DNA of 63,272 nt, filler included, from a bacterium (GTDB taxonomy: Bacteria > UBA9089 > CG2-30-40-21 > SBAY01), in NCBI GenBank assembly GCA_040757115.1. It is 3 parts of 3 records of this genome, joined end to end, with 100 filler letters (N's around TTAATTAATTAA, not from the genome) between each part and the next. Parts side by side here need not be neighbours in the genome. Positions count along the whole stretch, not along the records: positions 21,888 to 43,575 come from JBFLYA010000049.1; 2 more parts are not named here. One strand, written 5' to 3'. A model generated the notes under the pieces. The model made no database searches and was not told the origin of the DNA. It saw nothing but the letters and a program-made list of their open reading frames with translations. Shown one piece after another: positions 30,934 through 40,579 of the stretch (within the stretch, counting starts at the first letter, position 1; each line of letters opens with the position of its first letter). A program made the translations under genes and the position numbers.

Positions 30934-31312
30934 CTAGTGCTCTGTCGCTACTCAATTGATGTCCCCCGCTGGCGGGGGATTAAGGGGGTGGAATATGAAA
31001 TCTGAAATAGAAGAATCCACCCCCCTACCCCCGCCCTTATCGTTACCCACATCTTGAGAGAGGGAAGATTTTTGAGGGGAAGTACTGCGAAATAACAGAG
31101 ATATGCAGCCCCCAATAATTAACAATTGATAATTTACAATTAACAATTGACCATTATTTGTTAATTTTGTCAACATCAAATATTAATTGTGAATTGATAA
31201 TGGCTAATTGATAATTGTCAATTAACTATATTTGGACTTGTGGGTAACGATAAGACCCCCGCCAGCGGGGGACAACGGCCAATCAATCACTTGAATGGCG
31301 ACAGAGCACTAG
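30934..31312. mobile_element. Nested miniature inverted-repeat element
   Basis: Perfect outer IR CTAGTGCTCTGTCGC/GCGACAGAGCACTAG; inner IR CTTATCGTTACCCACA/TGTGGGTAACGATAAG; core of AATT-rich heptamer mirror repeats. Confidence 0.8.
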
Positions 31313-31440
31313 CCTACTAACCATAACCCTTTCACCAAAAACTCCTAAATATATCCCTTTATCTCCTTTATCTCCATATCTCCTTTTTGGACACAGGTCT
31401 ATTTGTTAACTGCACAGGTGGAAATTTTTTAAAAAAATAC

Positions 31441-31496
31441 TTGACAAAAAAATTACATTGTGGTATAATAATTGAAATTGATTCTTAATTGCAATT
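31441..31496 (+). promoter_or_regulatory. fur promoter with Fur-box-like operator
   Basis: TTGACA-17 bp-TATAAT with TG extension, followed by AATTGAAATTGATTCTTAATT; similar site at ~31962-31990. Confidence 0.65.
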
Positions 31497-31507
31497 GGTG
31501 TTTAAAA

Positions 31508-31947
31508 TGATGACCAAAGAAGAGATATTTAGAGACTATTTGAACCAGAAGGGGTTGAAGTTTACCCCAGAGAGAGAGGTTGTTTTGGAGGAGGTATTCT
31601 CCACCCATAAACATTTTGATGTAGATCAGCTTTATGATCGTTTGCGTAAGCGAGACGAACATATCTCAAGAGCTACTATTTATAGAACTCTTCCTTTATT
31701 AGTTGAGAGTAATCTGATTAAAGAAACCTTCCGTTACCAAGGTAGGGCGAGTTATGAACATACCTTTGGACATGACCACCATGATCACCTATTCTGTATA
31801 GAGTGCGGTAAGGTCATTGAATTTAAGGAAGAGCAGATTGAAAGATTGCAAGATGAAATTTGCAAAAGGTATGGGTTTGAACCTGTTGAGCATAGATTAG
31901 GTATTAGAGGGTATTGTAAGATGTGTAATAAGGATTCCAATACTTAA
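31508..31947 (+). CDS. fur: Fur-family transcriptional regulator
   Basis: GLKFTPER..VL, ISRATIYRTL, HHDHLFCIECG, GYCKMC; start approximate (ATG near 31507-31510). Confidence 0.9.
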
Positions 31948-31961
31948 GATTTTTTTAAAAT

Positions 31962-31990
31962 TATAATTGCGATTGCGTCTCAATTGTAAT
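31962..31990 (+). promoter_or_regulatory. Fur-box-like site upstream of the feo remnant and TonB genes
   Basis: TATAATTGCGATTGCGTCTCAATTGTAAT, similar to the site in front of fur. Confidence 0.5.
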
Positions 31991-32008
31991 TAAAGGAGGC
32001 TTAAAATC

Positions 32009-32271
32009 ATGGCTTCTAGACCTTTGAAGGAGCTTTTACCTGGCCAGAAGGGTAAGATTACAAAGGTTACAGGGTCTGGTTCTATTCATCGACGGATTTT
32101 GGATATGGGGATTATCAAATTTATATAGCCTGCATAGCTACGATTGCAGTAATAAAGAGGGAGACAAATTCCTGTCGCTGGCCTTTCTTTGCTGCATTTT
32201 ATACCACTGCAGTTGCCTGGGTAGTATTCTTCATTATCTATCAGGGAGGAAGGCTCTTGGGATTAGAATGA
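32009..32271 (+). pseudogene. feoAB: Deleted feoA-feoB remnant
   Basis: FeoA N-terminus ([36 protein letters not shown]) joined out of frame to the FeoB C-terminus ([49 protein letters not shown]). Confidence 0.85.
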
Positions 32272-32522
32272 GGAGGTGATAAAAGCAATGACACTATCAA
32301 GTATTTAAAGTGATGATGGGTAACGAGTTACCCAATTACAAAAAAAGGAGGTGATAAGATTGTTAGGAAGCAAAAGTTTCATACGGGGATGTCCCCCAGA
32401 AAGTAAGAAGGCGGCTCCGCAACCAGAAAAGCAGAAACCGCCTTCAGCCGGAACCCGGCATGATAAACACACCAGTCCCACGCATAAGTATACCATAAGT
32501 GCGGGGTTGGTGTCAACTAAAA

Positions 32523-32620
32523 ATTGGTAATTGGTAATTGGTAACTGGTGATTGGTAACTGGTGATTGGTGATTATTTAACCAGTTACCATTTAACCATT
32601 TACCATTTAACCAATTACTA
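32523..32620. repeat. Heptamer mirror repeat (TGGTAAY)n...(TTACCAK)n
   Basis: Visible tandem heptamers; copies at 34816-34897, 46252-46282 and 53465-53545. Confidence 0.8.
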
Positions 32621-32637
32621 AAACATGGAGGTGTACT

Positions 32638-34815
32638 ATGTTAACAAGGTTAACAAAAACAATGCCAGTAATCATTCTGGCAGGAGTGATGGGGTTCTAC
32701 CTACCCCAATCAGTTTTAGCAGAGGAGGCTATTGAACTGGAAAAGGTAGTGGTAACAGCCACTAAGGGCGAAAGGGTAATAGCAGATGTCCCTGTGCGCA
32801 CTGAGGTGATTACCAGCAAGGAAATTGAAGCAAAAGGGGCAACAAATCTTTACGAGGCTTTAGAAGGAACACCTGGAATAAGGGTAGAACAACAATGTTC
32901 CTATTGTAACTTCAGCGTTTGCAGAATGCAAGGATTAGAAGCAGGACATGTCCAGATATTGATTGATGGACAACCGGTATATTCCGGGCTGGCATCCGTA
33001 TATGGTTTACAGCAGGTGCCAACTGCAAATATCGAGCGTATCGAGGTGGTAAAAGGTGCAGGGTCTGCCCTTTACGGGGCAAGTGCTATTGCCGGGGTGA
33101 TTAACATCATCACTAAAAAGCCAACTAAAGAGCCTACAATGAATGTAAATATGAGCTTTGGAGAGCATAAAACCAATAATTATGAAATATTTGCCTCTAC
33201 CAAAAAGGCAAATATGGATATGATGCTCACTGCTCAGAAGACTACCGGTGATGAAATATTAGAGGATGATTCAGGTCTTTCAAAAGAGGAAGAACGATTG
33301 ACGGATAGAGTGAAAACCGACAATGTTGCTGGGGGAGTAGAGATAAACTGGTACGATGTGTTTGGAGATGACAAACTCAGTTTTTCAGGAAGAACCACAA
33401 ATGAGCAGCGCCAGGGTGGTGATGTAGACACATTTGAAAATTTCTATGCAGAATCAGCAGAGAATATTAAGACTACTCGGTATGAGGCAGGAATTGGTTA
33501 CAGAAAAAATCTTTCAGAAGACCAAATAGTAAATCTTAACCTCAGTTACTGCACCCATCATCGCAACGCCACTAATGATTCCTTTGTGGGTGACTATAAA
33601 GACACTCATAATGACGCATTTCCACCCGTAGATGAAATGCGACCCTATCTGGCAGATGAAAAACTTTATGTGCTGGATTTGAACTATGCCTGGCTGGCAG
33701 GAGAAAAACATCGCCTGTTAGCAGGGGTTCAATACGGCAAAAATGAGCTGGAGGAGTCAGGCAAGTATGTAATCCTTGAAGGTCCAGACCCCGCTACTGG
33801 AAGCACCTATCTCTCCACAAGCAAAAAGAGTGCGGATGAGATAGGGATTTATCTCCAGGATGAAGTATCTCTAAACGATACCCTGGAGTTGGTAGTAGGG
33901 GCAAGGTATGACAGGCATAACTCAGAGGATGATTTTGGAGGTTCTGGTGATGCTGCTCCCAAGGATAGGATTAAACTTACCTACGACGAAAAGGCATTTA
34001 GTCCCAGAGCGGCGTTAATGTATCGTCCAAATCCTCAAACTACCGTCCGCACAAGTCTTGGCACAGGTTTCCGTGTACCGTATGGATTCAGTGAAGATTT
34101 GCATCTTTGCAGTGGCTCGCCAAGAGTTTATAAAGGTGCAGGCTTAAATCCTGAAAAATCGGTAAGCCTAAATTTTGGCGTAGATTATGAGGCAGAAAGA
34201 TATAGATTATCTGCCAATATCTTTCGCACAAACCTTAAGGATAAGATTGGCTTTACTGATGCCAGTGATAAGGCTACAAAGTTAGGATATACCTATGAAT
34301 GGGCAAATATAGGTGACGCCTATACCCAGGGCATAGAATTGGGTCTGGTAACTCGCTTAGCCGAAAATCTCAATCTCGACTGCAATCTGGCTTACACCGA
34401 TGCCCAATATAAGAAAGAACGAGCGGATTGGGTAAATTCTCATGGAGGTAAATATGCCTCTGACAGTAAGTATATCCCTCGTGTTCCAGAGCTTACAGCA
34501 GGCGTTAAGCTGGATTATAACAAGGTGAACTGGAACCTTGTATTAGACTGTAACTATACGGGTAGAATGTACATTGATTATTGCCAGGAGGAAGAGGTAG
34601 AGAATCCTAATAGCAAAATTAAGCATACAGAGCCGTTCGTAGTAGTCAATAGCAAAATATCCAGAAGTTTTCCAGATTATGGACTTACTACCTTTGTAGG
34701 TGCTAAAAATCTATTTGATGAAGTACAGGATGAGAAGCATCCGGATGATGCGGCATTTATGTACGCACCTTACACGGGCAGGATGCTTTACGCTGGAATG
34801 GAAGTAGCATTTTAA
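32638..34815 (+). CDS. TonB-dependent outer membrane receptor
   Basis: Signal peptide, TonB box EKVVVTA, plug IERIEVVKGAGSALYG..AIAGVINIITK, C-terminal Phe; QQCSYC in the plug. Confidence 0.93.
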   Translation: MLTRLTKTMPVIILAGVMGFYLPQSVLAEEAIELEKVVVTATKGERVIADVPVRTEVITSKEIEAKGATNLYEALEGTPGIRVEQQCSYCNFSVCRMQGLEAGHVQILIDGQPVYSGLASVYGLQQVPTANIERIEVVKGAGSALYGASAIAGVINIITKKPTKEPTMNVNMSFGEHKTNNYEIFASTKKANMDMMLTAQKTTGDEILEDDSGLSKEEERLTDRVKTDNVAGGVEINWYDVFGDDKLSFSGRTTNEQRQGGDVDTFENFYAESAENIKTTRYEAGIGYRKNLSEDQIVNLNLSYCTHHRNATNDSFVGDYKDTHNDAFPPVDEMRPYLADEKLYVLDLNYAWLAGEKHRLLAGVQYGKNELEESGKYVILEGPDPATGSTYLSTSKKSADEIGIYLQDEVSLNDTLELVVGARYDRHNSEDDFGGSGDAAPKDRIKLTYDEKAFSPRAALMYRPNPQTTVRTSLGTGFRVPYGFSEDLHLCSGSPRVYKGAGLNPEKSVSLNFGVDYEAERYRLSANIFRTNLKDKIGFTDASDKATKLGYTYEWANIGDAYTQGIELGLVTRLAENLNLDCNLAYTDAQYKKERADWVNSHGGKYASDSKYIPRVPELTAGVKLDYNKVNWNLVLDCNYTGRMYIDYCQEEEVENPNSKIKHTEPFVVVNSKISRSFPDYGLTTFVGAKNLFDEVQDEKHPDDAAFMYAPYTGRMLYAGMEVAF

Positions 34816-34897
34816 CTGGTGATTGGTAATTGGTAACTGGTAACTGGTAAGTGGTAATTGGTAACTATTTAACCAGTTACCATTTAACCAGTTACCA
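34816..34897. repeat. Heptamer mirror repeat
   Basis: (TGGTAAY)n-ATTTAACCAGTTACC... Confidence 0.8.
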
Positions 34898-34917
34898 AAA
34901 AAATGGAGGTGTTTTTT

Positions 34918-35586
34918 ATGCTTGAGTTTATTTCAAAAGGTGGGGTATTGATGTATCCCATTGTTCTATGTTCGATAGTGGCTATTGCTATTATCTTAGA
35001 GCGGGCGTACCACTTTTTTCGGATAAAGACAAATGTATCTCAATTCTTGCTTCAAATCGAGCAGACACTGCAATCTAATAAAATAGAAACTGCATTAAGG
35101 CTGGCAAAAAATGCTACAGGCCCAGTAGCCTCTGTAGTGGAAGCTGGCATAAGCAACTGCCAAAAAGATGCAGAGAGGTGGGAAAAGGCAGTAAGTGGAG
35201 TGGGGACGAAGGAATTAGTCAGGTTAGAAAAAAACCTGCGTGTATTGGGAATTATTGCCCATGTATCGCCCCTTTTAGGGCTTCTGGGGACGGTGACCGG
35301 GATGATTAAAGCGTTTATGAAAATACAGGAGTTAGGGGGCAGGGTTGATGCCTCGGTTTTAGCCGGTGGTATCTGGGAGGCACTTTTGACTACTGCCGCT
35401 GGACTATCTGTGGCCATACCTGCTATGTTTGCCTATCATTATTTTGAAGGTAAGGTGGATAATTGTGCTATTGCCATGAAAGAGGCTGGACTACTTGTTT
35501 CTGAATGGTTGGGAGTCGGAAAGCCAAAAGAAGAAGGCAAAAATTACTCTGAACATTCAGGGGAGGATGTGGACTATGGAATTTGA
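34918..35586 (+). CDS. exbB: ExbB/TolQ/MotA proton channel protein
   Basis: GGVLMYPI, SPLLGLLGTVTGMIKAF, GIWEALLTTAAGL.VAIPA. Confidence 0.92.
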   Translation: MLEFISKGGVLMYPIVLCSIVAIAIILERAYHFFRIKTNVSQFLLQIEQTLQSNKIETALRLAKNATGPVASVVEAGISNCQKDAERWEKAVSGVGTKELVRLEKNLRVLGIIAHVSPLLGLLGTVTGMIKAFMKIQELGGRVDASVLAGGIWEALLTTAAGLSVAIPAMFAYHYFEGKVDNCAIAMKEAGLLVSEWLGVGKPKEEGKNYSEHSGEDVDYGI

Positions 35587-35986
35587 GCGACGCAAACGAA
35601 TAAGCCAGCATCTGGATATTGCTCCATTAATAGATATAGTATTTTTGCTTTTGATATTTTTCATGCTTACAGCTAATTTCATCATGCAGCCCGGAATAAA
35701 GATCACCCTGCCGCAAGCTAAAACCAGTCAGCCGCAGGAAGAAAGAATTGTTGTGTTTATAGGTGAGAATAGCCAGATTTATCTTAATGAAAAACAGGTG
35801 GATATTTCGCTTTTAGAAGATGCCCTAAAACTAAAATTACAAGAAGTGCAAAAGAAAACTGTAGTTATCAAAGCAGATAAAAAGATAGACCTGGGGTTGG
35901 CTGTCAAGGTGATGGATATTGCTAAGGGAGCGGGAGCAGATGCCCTGACAATTTCAACTGAAAAAGGTGATGAGGATGCTAAGTGA
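35576..35986 (+). CDS. exbD: ExbD/TolR
   Basis: APLIDIVFLLLIFFM, IKADK. Confidence 0.92.
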   Translation: MEFERRKRISQHLDIAPLIDIVFLLLIFFMLTANFIMQPGIKITLPQAKTSQPQEERIVVFIGENSQIYLNEKQVDISLLEDALKLKLQEVQKKTVVIKADKKIDLGLAVKVMDIAKGAGADALTISTEKGDEDAK

Positions 35987-36656
35987 TAATCCCTTGAAAG
36001 TTACCATTCTTGTTTCTATTCTTATCCATGTGCTGTTTTTGGGGATACCAGAAGGGATATTAAAATTCCTCTCACCTGAGGTTGAGGCATCCAGAGAGTT
36101 TATAGCCCAAATAGCAATAGAAAAGCCACCGCCACCACAAAAAATAGAAAAGCCCAGGCCAAAACCCAAACCAAAAGAACCTGAGCCGGAGGCAGAAGAG
36201 GCAAAACCAAAACCAAAAGAGCCAGAAGAGGTTATTGAAGAACCAAAACCTGCGTCTTTGCCAGAAGAGAAGCCAGTGGTTGAACCTGTACAAGTAGAAG
36301 AACCTCAAGTTACTCCCCAACCAGTTGAACAAGTAACCATAGCGAAGATTGATGTTGCTAAGATAGCGATTCTAAACTATCAAACAAAGGTTAGAAGGAA
36401 GATCGAGCAGGCAAAAAGATACCCTGCTTTTGCCAGAAAGAACGAGATTGAGGGAGTAGTTAAGGTTAGATTTACGATTCTTTCGGATGGGAGTGTAGAC
36501 AAGATAGAGATATGTCAGTCTTCAGGCAGCAGCCTTCTTGATAAGGAAGCCTGTAGCACCATCAAGCGAGCTGCTTCTTTTCCACCTATACCAGAAGAGG
36601 TAGGGAGAAGTCAGATTCAGATGCAGGTGAATATTGTGTTTACTTGCATTGATTGA
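35976..36656 (+). CDS. tonB: TonB energy transducer
   Basis: N-terminal TM with SxxxH, KP/EP-rich linker, YPAFAR..EG.V.V.F, SSGSSLLD. Confidence 0.9.
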   Translation: MLSDNPLKVTILVSILIHVLFLGIPEGILKFLSPEVEASREFIAQIAIEKPPPPQKIEKPRPKPKPKEPEPEAEEAKPKPKEPEEVIEEPKPASLPEEKPVVEPVQVEEPQVTPQPVEQVTIAKIDVAKIAILNYQTKVRRKIEQAKRYPAFARKNEIEGVVKVRFTILSDGSVDKIEICQSSGSSLLDKEACSTIKRAASFPPIPEEVGRSQIQMQVNIVFTCID

Positions 36657-36665
36657 GGATTGTAA

Positions 36666-37298
36666 ATGAAGAGTGAAGAGTTATTCGATCAGTATGCTGA
36701 GAAATATGATGAATGGTATGAAATGAATCGCCTGGCATACCTTTCAGAGCTTGAGGCGGTGAGAAGTGTTTTGCCTCAGGGTAAAGGTTTAGAGGTAGGT
36801 GTAGGCACAGGTAGATTTGCTACCCCCCTTGGGACATCAGTCGGCATAGACCCATCTTACAAAATGCTTAAAAAGGCTGCGGAACGAGGGATAAGCGTGA
36901 TACAGGCACTCGGAGAGCACCTTCCTTTTAAGGGGGCTGAGTTTGATTATCTGCTCTTGATTGTTACCCTGTGTTTCGTGGATAACCCTCAGGCTGTCTT
37001 AGCAGAGTCTAAATGGGTGCTTAAGCCGGGTGGTAGGCTCATTATTGGCATAGTGGACAAAGATAGCTTTCTTGGTAAACTCTATCAGAGTAAGAATAGT
37101 GTGTTTTACAAGGTAGCCAGATTTTATTCGGCTCAGGAGGTTATAGAGTTGCTGAAGGTGAACGATTTTAAGGAGATAACAACTATCCAGACCATCTTTT
37201 GTTTGCCGAAGATTTTAAAGGAAGTAGAACCCCATCGGCAGGGATACGGTCAAGGTGGTTTTGTGGTTATATGCGGGATAAAAAGTAATCAGTATTAA
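36666..37298 (+). CDS. Class I SAM-dependent methyltransferase
   Basis: LEVGVGTGRF, GIDPS, VLKPGG. Confidence 0.9.
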   Translation: MKSEELFDQYAEKYDEWYEMNRLAYLSELEAVRSVLPQGKGLEVGVGTGRFATPLGTSVGIDPSYKMLKKAAERGISVIQALGEHLPFKGAEFDYLLLIVTLCFVDNPQAVLAESKWVLKPGGRLIIGIVDKDSFLGKLYQSKNSVFYKVARFYSAQEVIELLKVNDFKEITTIQTIFCLPKILKEVEPHRQGYGQGGFVVICGIKSNQY

Positions 37299-37351
37299 GT
37301 TGACTGAAAAATTATGATTGACTATTATACTTCTTTAGGTTATAATAATTC

Positions 37352-37835
37352 GTAACTATTCACCCTGTAGGAAAGTAGGAGAGTAGGGAAGTAGGAAAGG
37401 GAAAGAAAATGAATGAGAAGTTAGATGATTTTAGACAACTTGTAGTATGGCAAAAAACCATCATTTAGTGATAAGAATATACGAAATAACCAAAAACTTC
37501 CCCACTGAAGAAAAATATGGATTGGTGCAACAGATGTGCCCAGCGGCTGTTTCTATTCCAGCAAATATTGTAGAAGGTTTTAAGAAACAAGGCATAAAGA
37601 ATAAGTTAAATGCCTATAATATAAGCCAGGGATCTCTTGAAGAACTAAGGTATTATCTAATTCTATCTAAAGATCTTAATTATCTGCCAGATTTTCAATC
37701 CATTTGGGATATATCTGAAGAAGTGAGTAGGATGCTTATAGGTTTAATCAAATCAATTAAGAGTAAAATAGTATGAAGTATTTTCCCCCTTTCCTACTTC
37801 CTACTTCCTACTTGCTTGGTATGCTGAATAGTTAC
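37352..37835. mobile_element. IS66-like miniature element carrying a four-helix-bundle gene
   Basis: GTAACTATTCA...TGAATAGTTAC; 8-bp duplication AATAATTC at 37344-37351 and 37836-37843; inner (GTAGG)n/(CCTAC)n mirror repeats. Confidence 0.85.
37409..37776 (+). pseudogene. Four-helix-bundle (23S rRNA IVP-like) protein, frameshifted
   Basis: MNEKLDDFRQLVVWQK shifts frame at the A run (~37452) into HHLV..IYEITKNFPTEEKYGL..Q...AAVSIPANIVEG...SQGSLEELRY. Confidence 0.8.
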
Positions 37836-37965
37836 AATAATTCTTATCAGCGTTGGGTAAATTTTTTAAGGAGAATCTATACCCATAGAGAGAAATGTAC
37901 GAATTCTTTTGATAATATACAAGATACACCATGCCGTGCCTGAGACTATATGGAGGATAAAATAA

Positions 37966-39639
37966 ATGGCAACGCTAAATTTTAAAGGAAAAACATTTGT
38001 CCAGAATCATCATCTATCGGTGAAGTATCATCAGCTTGTCCCTAAAAAAGATAAAAGTTTGACTGATAAAGTTAGCCTTAATGATAACCTCATACTTTAT
38101 GGGGATAATCTCAAAAGCCTAAAAGCCCTTCTCCCCACTTATACCGGCAAAGTGAAATGTATCTATATCGACCCACCATACAATACCGGAAATGAAAGAT
38201 GGGTCTATAACGATAATGTCAACTCTCCGATGATGCAGGAGTGGCTCGGTAAGGTGGTTGATATTGAGGACTTGACCCGCCATGATAAATGGCTTTGTAT
38301 GATGATGCCAAGATTGAAACTTCTGCGAGAGTTATTAAGAGAAGATGGTGTGATTTTTATAAGTATTGATGATAACGAAGTCCACCGTTTGAGAATGTTA
38401 ACGGATGAGATTTTTGGTGAACAAAACCTTATTTCTCAAATTATTACAGTAGCAAATAAGGGAGGACAGGATTATTTGGATATTGCGAAGACCCATGAAT
38501 ATATTCTTTGTTATGGCAAAACAGATTTTGTTAAAGTAGGTGAGTTACCTAAAGATATATCTGAGTTTCCTTTTAAGGATAAAGAAGGTAACTACCAATT
38601 AAGAGAGTTGCGGAATAGAAATCCTAAATTTAATCGGCAAAATCGTCCGAATTTGTTTTATCCAATCTATATCAACCCCAATTTATGTGATACAAATAAA
38701 CATTGCGCTATAACTTTAGAAAAAGATAATAATTTTCATATAGAGGTATTCCCTAAAAACAGTGAGGGGAAAGATAGTTGCTGGCGGTGGAGTCAAGAAT
38801 TACTGCTTAGAAATATTTCAAAGAGACCAGAAGATAGTACTGTGATAGCAAGGCAGAGAAAAGACGGTGGTTGGAATATTTATGAAAAAAATCGAAAGGC
38901 AACCCAAAAAGCAAAATCAGTGTGGGATGAAAAAGAAATGAGGACAGAATTAGGAACGCGTATACTTAGAGAAATTTTTGGTGAGTCAAATCTGCAATTT
39001 CCAAAACCAGTTGAATTGATTAAAAAAATAATTCTGCTAAGCACGGAGAAAGAAGATATTATTCTTGACTCCTTTGCTGGCTCTGGCACAACAGCCCATG
39101 CAGTTTTAGACCTAAACAAAGAAGATGGCGGCAATCGTAAATTCATCCTGGTTGAATGTGAAGATTATGCAGACAGAATAACCGCAGAAAGGGTGAGAAG
39201 GGTTATCAAGGGTGTCCCAAATGCAAGAGATGAGAAATTAAAAGAAGGCTTAGGTGGCACATTCAGCTATTTTGAACTTGGTGAGCCGATTGAGATGGAG
39301 AGTATTTTAGAAGGCGATAAGCTGCCCACCTACCTTGAGCTTGCAAGATATGTCTTTTATACTGCTACAGGTGAGGAATTTGACTCATCAGAAGTTGATG
39401 AGAATAAAAACTTTATCGGTGAATCAAAGGAATACGAGGTTTATTTGTTTTACAAGTCAGATATTGAATATCTTAAATCCACCGCACTTACGCTTGATAG
39501 GGCAAAGAATTTAGGGACTTACAAGGGCAAAAAGCGATTGGTTTTTGCACCCAGCAAATACCTTGATACCGAATATCTTTTAGAATACCGGATTGATTAC
39601 TGCCAATTGCCGTTTGAGATTTATAAGTTGAAGGAGTGA
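37966..39639 (+). CDS. mod: Type III R-M methyltransferase (Mod)
   Basis: IYIDPPYNTG, FPKP, LDSFAGSGTTAHAV (beta-class order). Confidence 0.92.
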   Translation: MATLNFKGKTFVQNHHLSVKYHQLVPKKDKSLTDKVSLNDNLILYGDNLKSLKALLPTYTGKVKCIYIDPPYNTGNERWVYNDNVNSPMMQEWLGKVVDIEDLTRHDKWLCMMMPRLKLLRELLREDGVIFISIDDNEVHRLRMLTDEIFGEQNLISQIITVANKGGQDYLDIAKTHEYILCYGKTDFVKVGELPKDISEFPFKDKEGNYQLRELRNRNPKFNRQNRPNLFYPIYINPNLCDTNKHCAITLEKDNNFHIEVFPKNSEGKDSCWRWSQELLLRNISKRPEDSTVIARQRKDGGWNIYEKNRKATQKAKSVWDEKEMRTELGTRILREIFGESNLQFPKPVELIKKIILLSTEKEDIILDSFAGSGTTAHAVLDLNKEDGGNRKFILVECEDYADRITAERVRRVIKGVPNARDEKLKEGLGGTFSYFELGEPIEMESILEGDKLPTYLELARYVFYTATGEEFDSSEVDENKNFIGESKEYEVYLFYKSDIEYLKSTALTLDRAKNLGTYKGKKRLVFAPSKYLDTEYLLEYRIDYCQLPFEIYKLKE

Positions 39640-39644
39640 TTGAG

Positions 39645-39794
39645 ATGTCTATAGTGTTAAATGACCAGGAGATATTGCAACTTATTCAAGAAAAAAAGAC
39701 TCTTCCAAAAGAATACAATGAATTGTTCCAGATGAAAGAAAAGAGAGGTCATAAAGAGAGGGAACTGACATTTAAAATTGTTTTAAGGAGGTAA
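39645..39794 (+). pseudogene. Truncated 49-aa ORF, probably the partner of the downstream gene
   Basis: MSIVLNDQEILQLIQEKKTLP...KRGHKERE with an AAGGAG SD; ends abruptly in the next gene's SD. Confidence 0.5.
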
Positions 39795-39798
39795 TACG

Positions 39799-40575
39799 AT
39801 GGACATTTTATCAATTGAGAAAGATTTTAGAGAAAAGGTTTGCGATAAAATAAAGATTGTTCAAGAAGGAAAAGAGCGATTCAGAATATCCACTCCCTTT
39901 ATGTTTGAAGATGGTGACCATTTAGTTTCTTTGTTGAAAAAATCGGATAGAGGCTGGGTTATTTCGGATGAAGGGCATACCTATATGCATTTAAGTTATG
40001 ACCTTGATATGAAAGATTTAGAAAGGGGGACAAGGCAAAAGATTATTGAATCTGCTTTATCAATGTTTGACATCAAAGATAAAAACGGTGAGTTGGTAAC
40101 AACAGTAGAAAATGAAGCCTATGGAGATGCACTTTATAGTTTTGTTCAAGGGGTATTAAAGGTAACTGATGTATCCTATCTTTCACAGGAAAGAGTCAAG
40201 TCTACTTTTATGGAAGATTTCAAATCTTTTATCGCTGAAAAAGTTCCTGAAGATAGAAGGGTTTTTGATTATTATGATAAGAGATACGACCCTGAAGCAA
40301 AATATACTGTTGATTGTAAGGTGAATTGGAGGGGAGAGCAACTCTTTATATTTGCTATACCCAACGATGACAAATGCCGTGATGCAACAATAAGTTTATT
40401 ACAGTTTGAGAAATGGAATATACCATTTTATTCAATGGCTGTTTTTGAAGACCAGGAGACTATCGGCAGAAAAGTTTTAGCAAGGTTTAGTGATGTTTGC
40501 GAAAAGCAATTTTCAAGTTTTACCTTAAATAAAGACCGCATTGAAAAATATCTAATTTCGAGGGATGGGACTTAA
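39799..40575 (+). CDS. DUF1828-like protein
   Basis: ISTPF.FEDGDHL...ISDEG.T motif; C-terminal nuclease-like fold is an inference. Confidence 0.65.
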   Translation: MDILSIEKDFREKVCDKIKIVQEGKERFRISTPFMFEDGDHLVSLLKKSDRGWVISDEGHTYMHLSYDLDMKDLERGTRQKIIESALSMFDIKDKNGELVTTVENEAYGDALYSFVQGVLKVTDVSYLSQERVKSTFMEDFKSFIAEKVPEDRRVFDYYDKRYDPEAKYTVDCKVNWRGEQLFIFAIPNDDKCRDATISLLQFEKWNIPFYSMAVFEDQETIGRKVLARFSDVCEKQFSSFTLNKDRIEKYLISRDGT

Positions 40576-40579
40576 AAAG

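Noticed and set aside
32345-32530. Possible TTG-start small ORF or riboswitch before the TonB receptor
   Set aside because: A strong SD is present, but the peptide is uninformative and I recognise no cobalamin or other riboswitch consensus
37409-37776. Avd of a diversity-generating retroelement, or a 23S rRNA intervening sequence
   Set aside because: No reverse transcriptase, template/variable repeat pair or rRNA in the window
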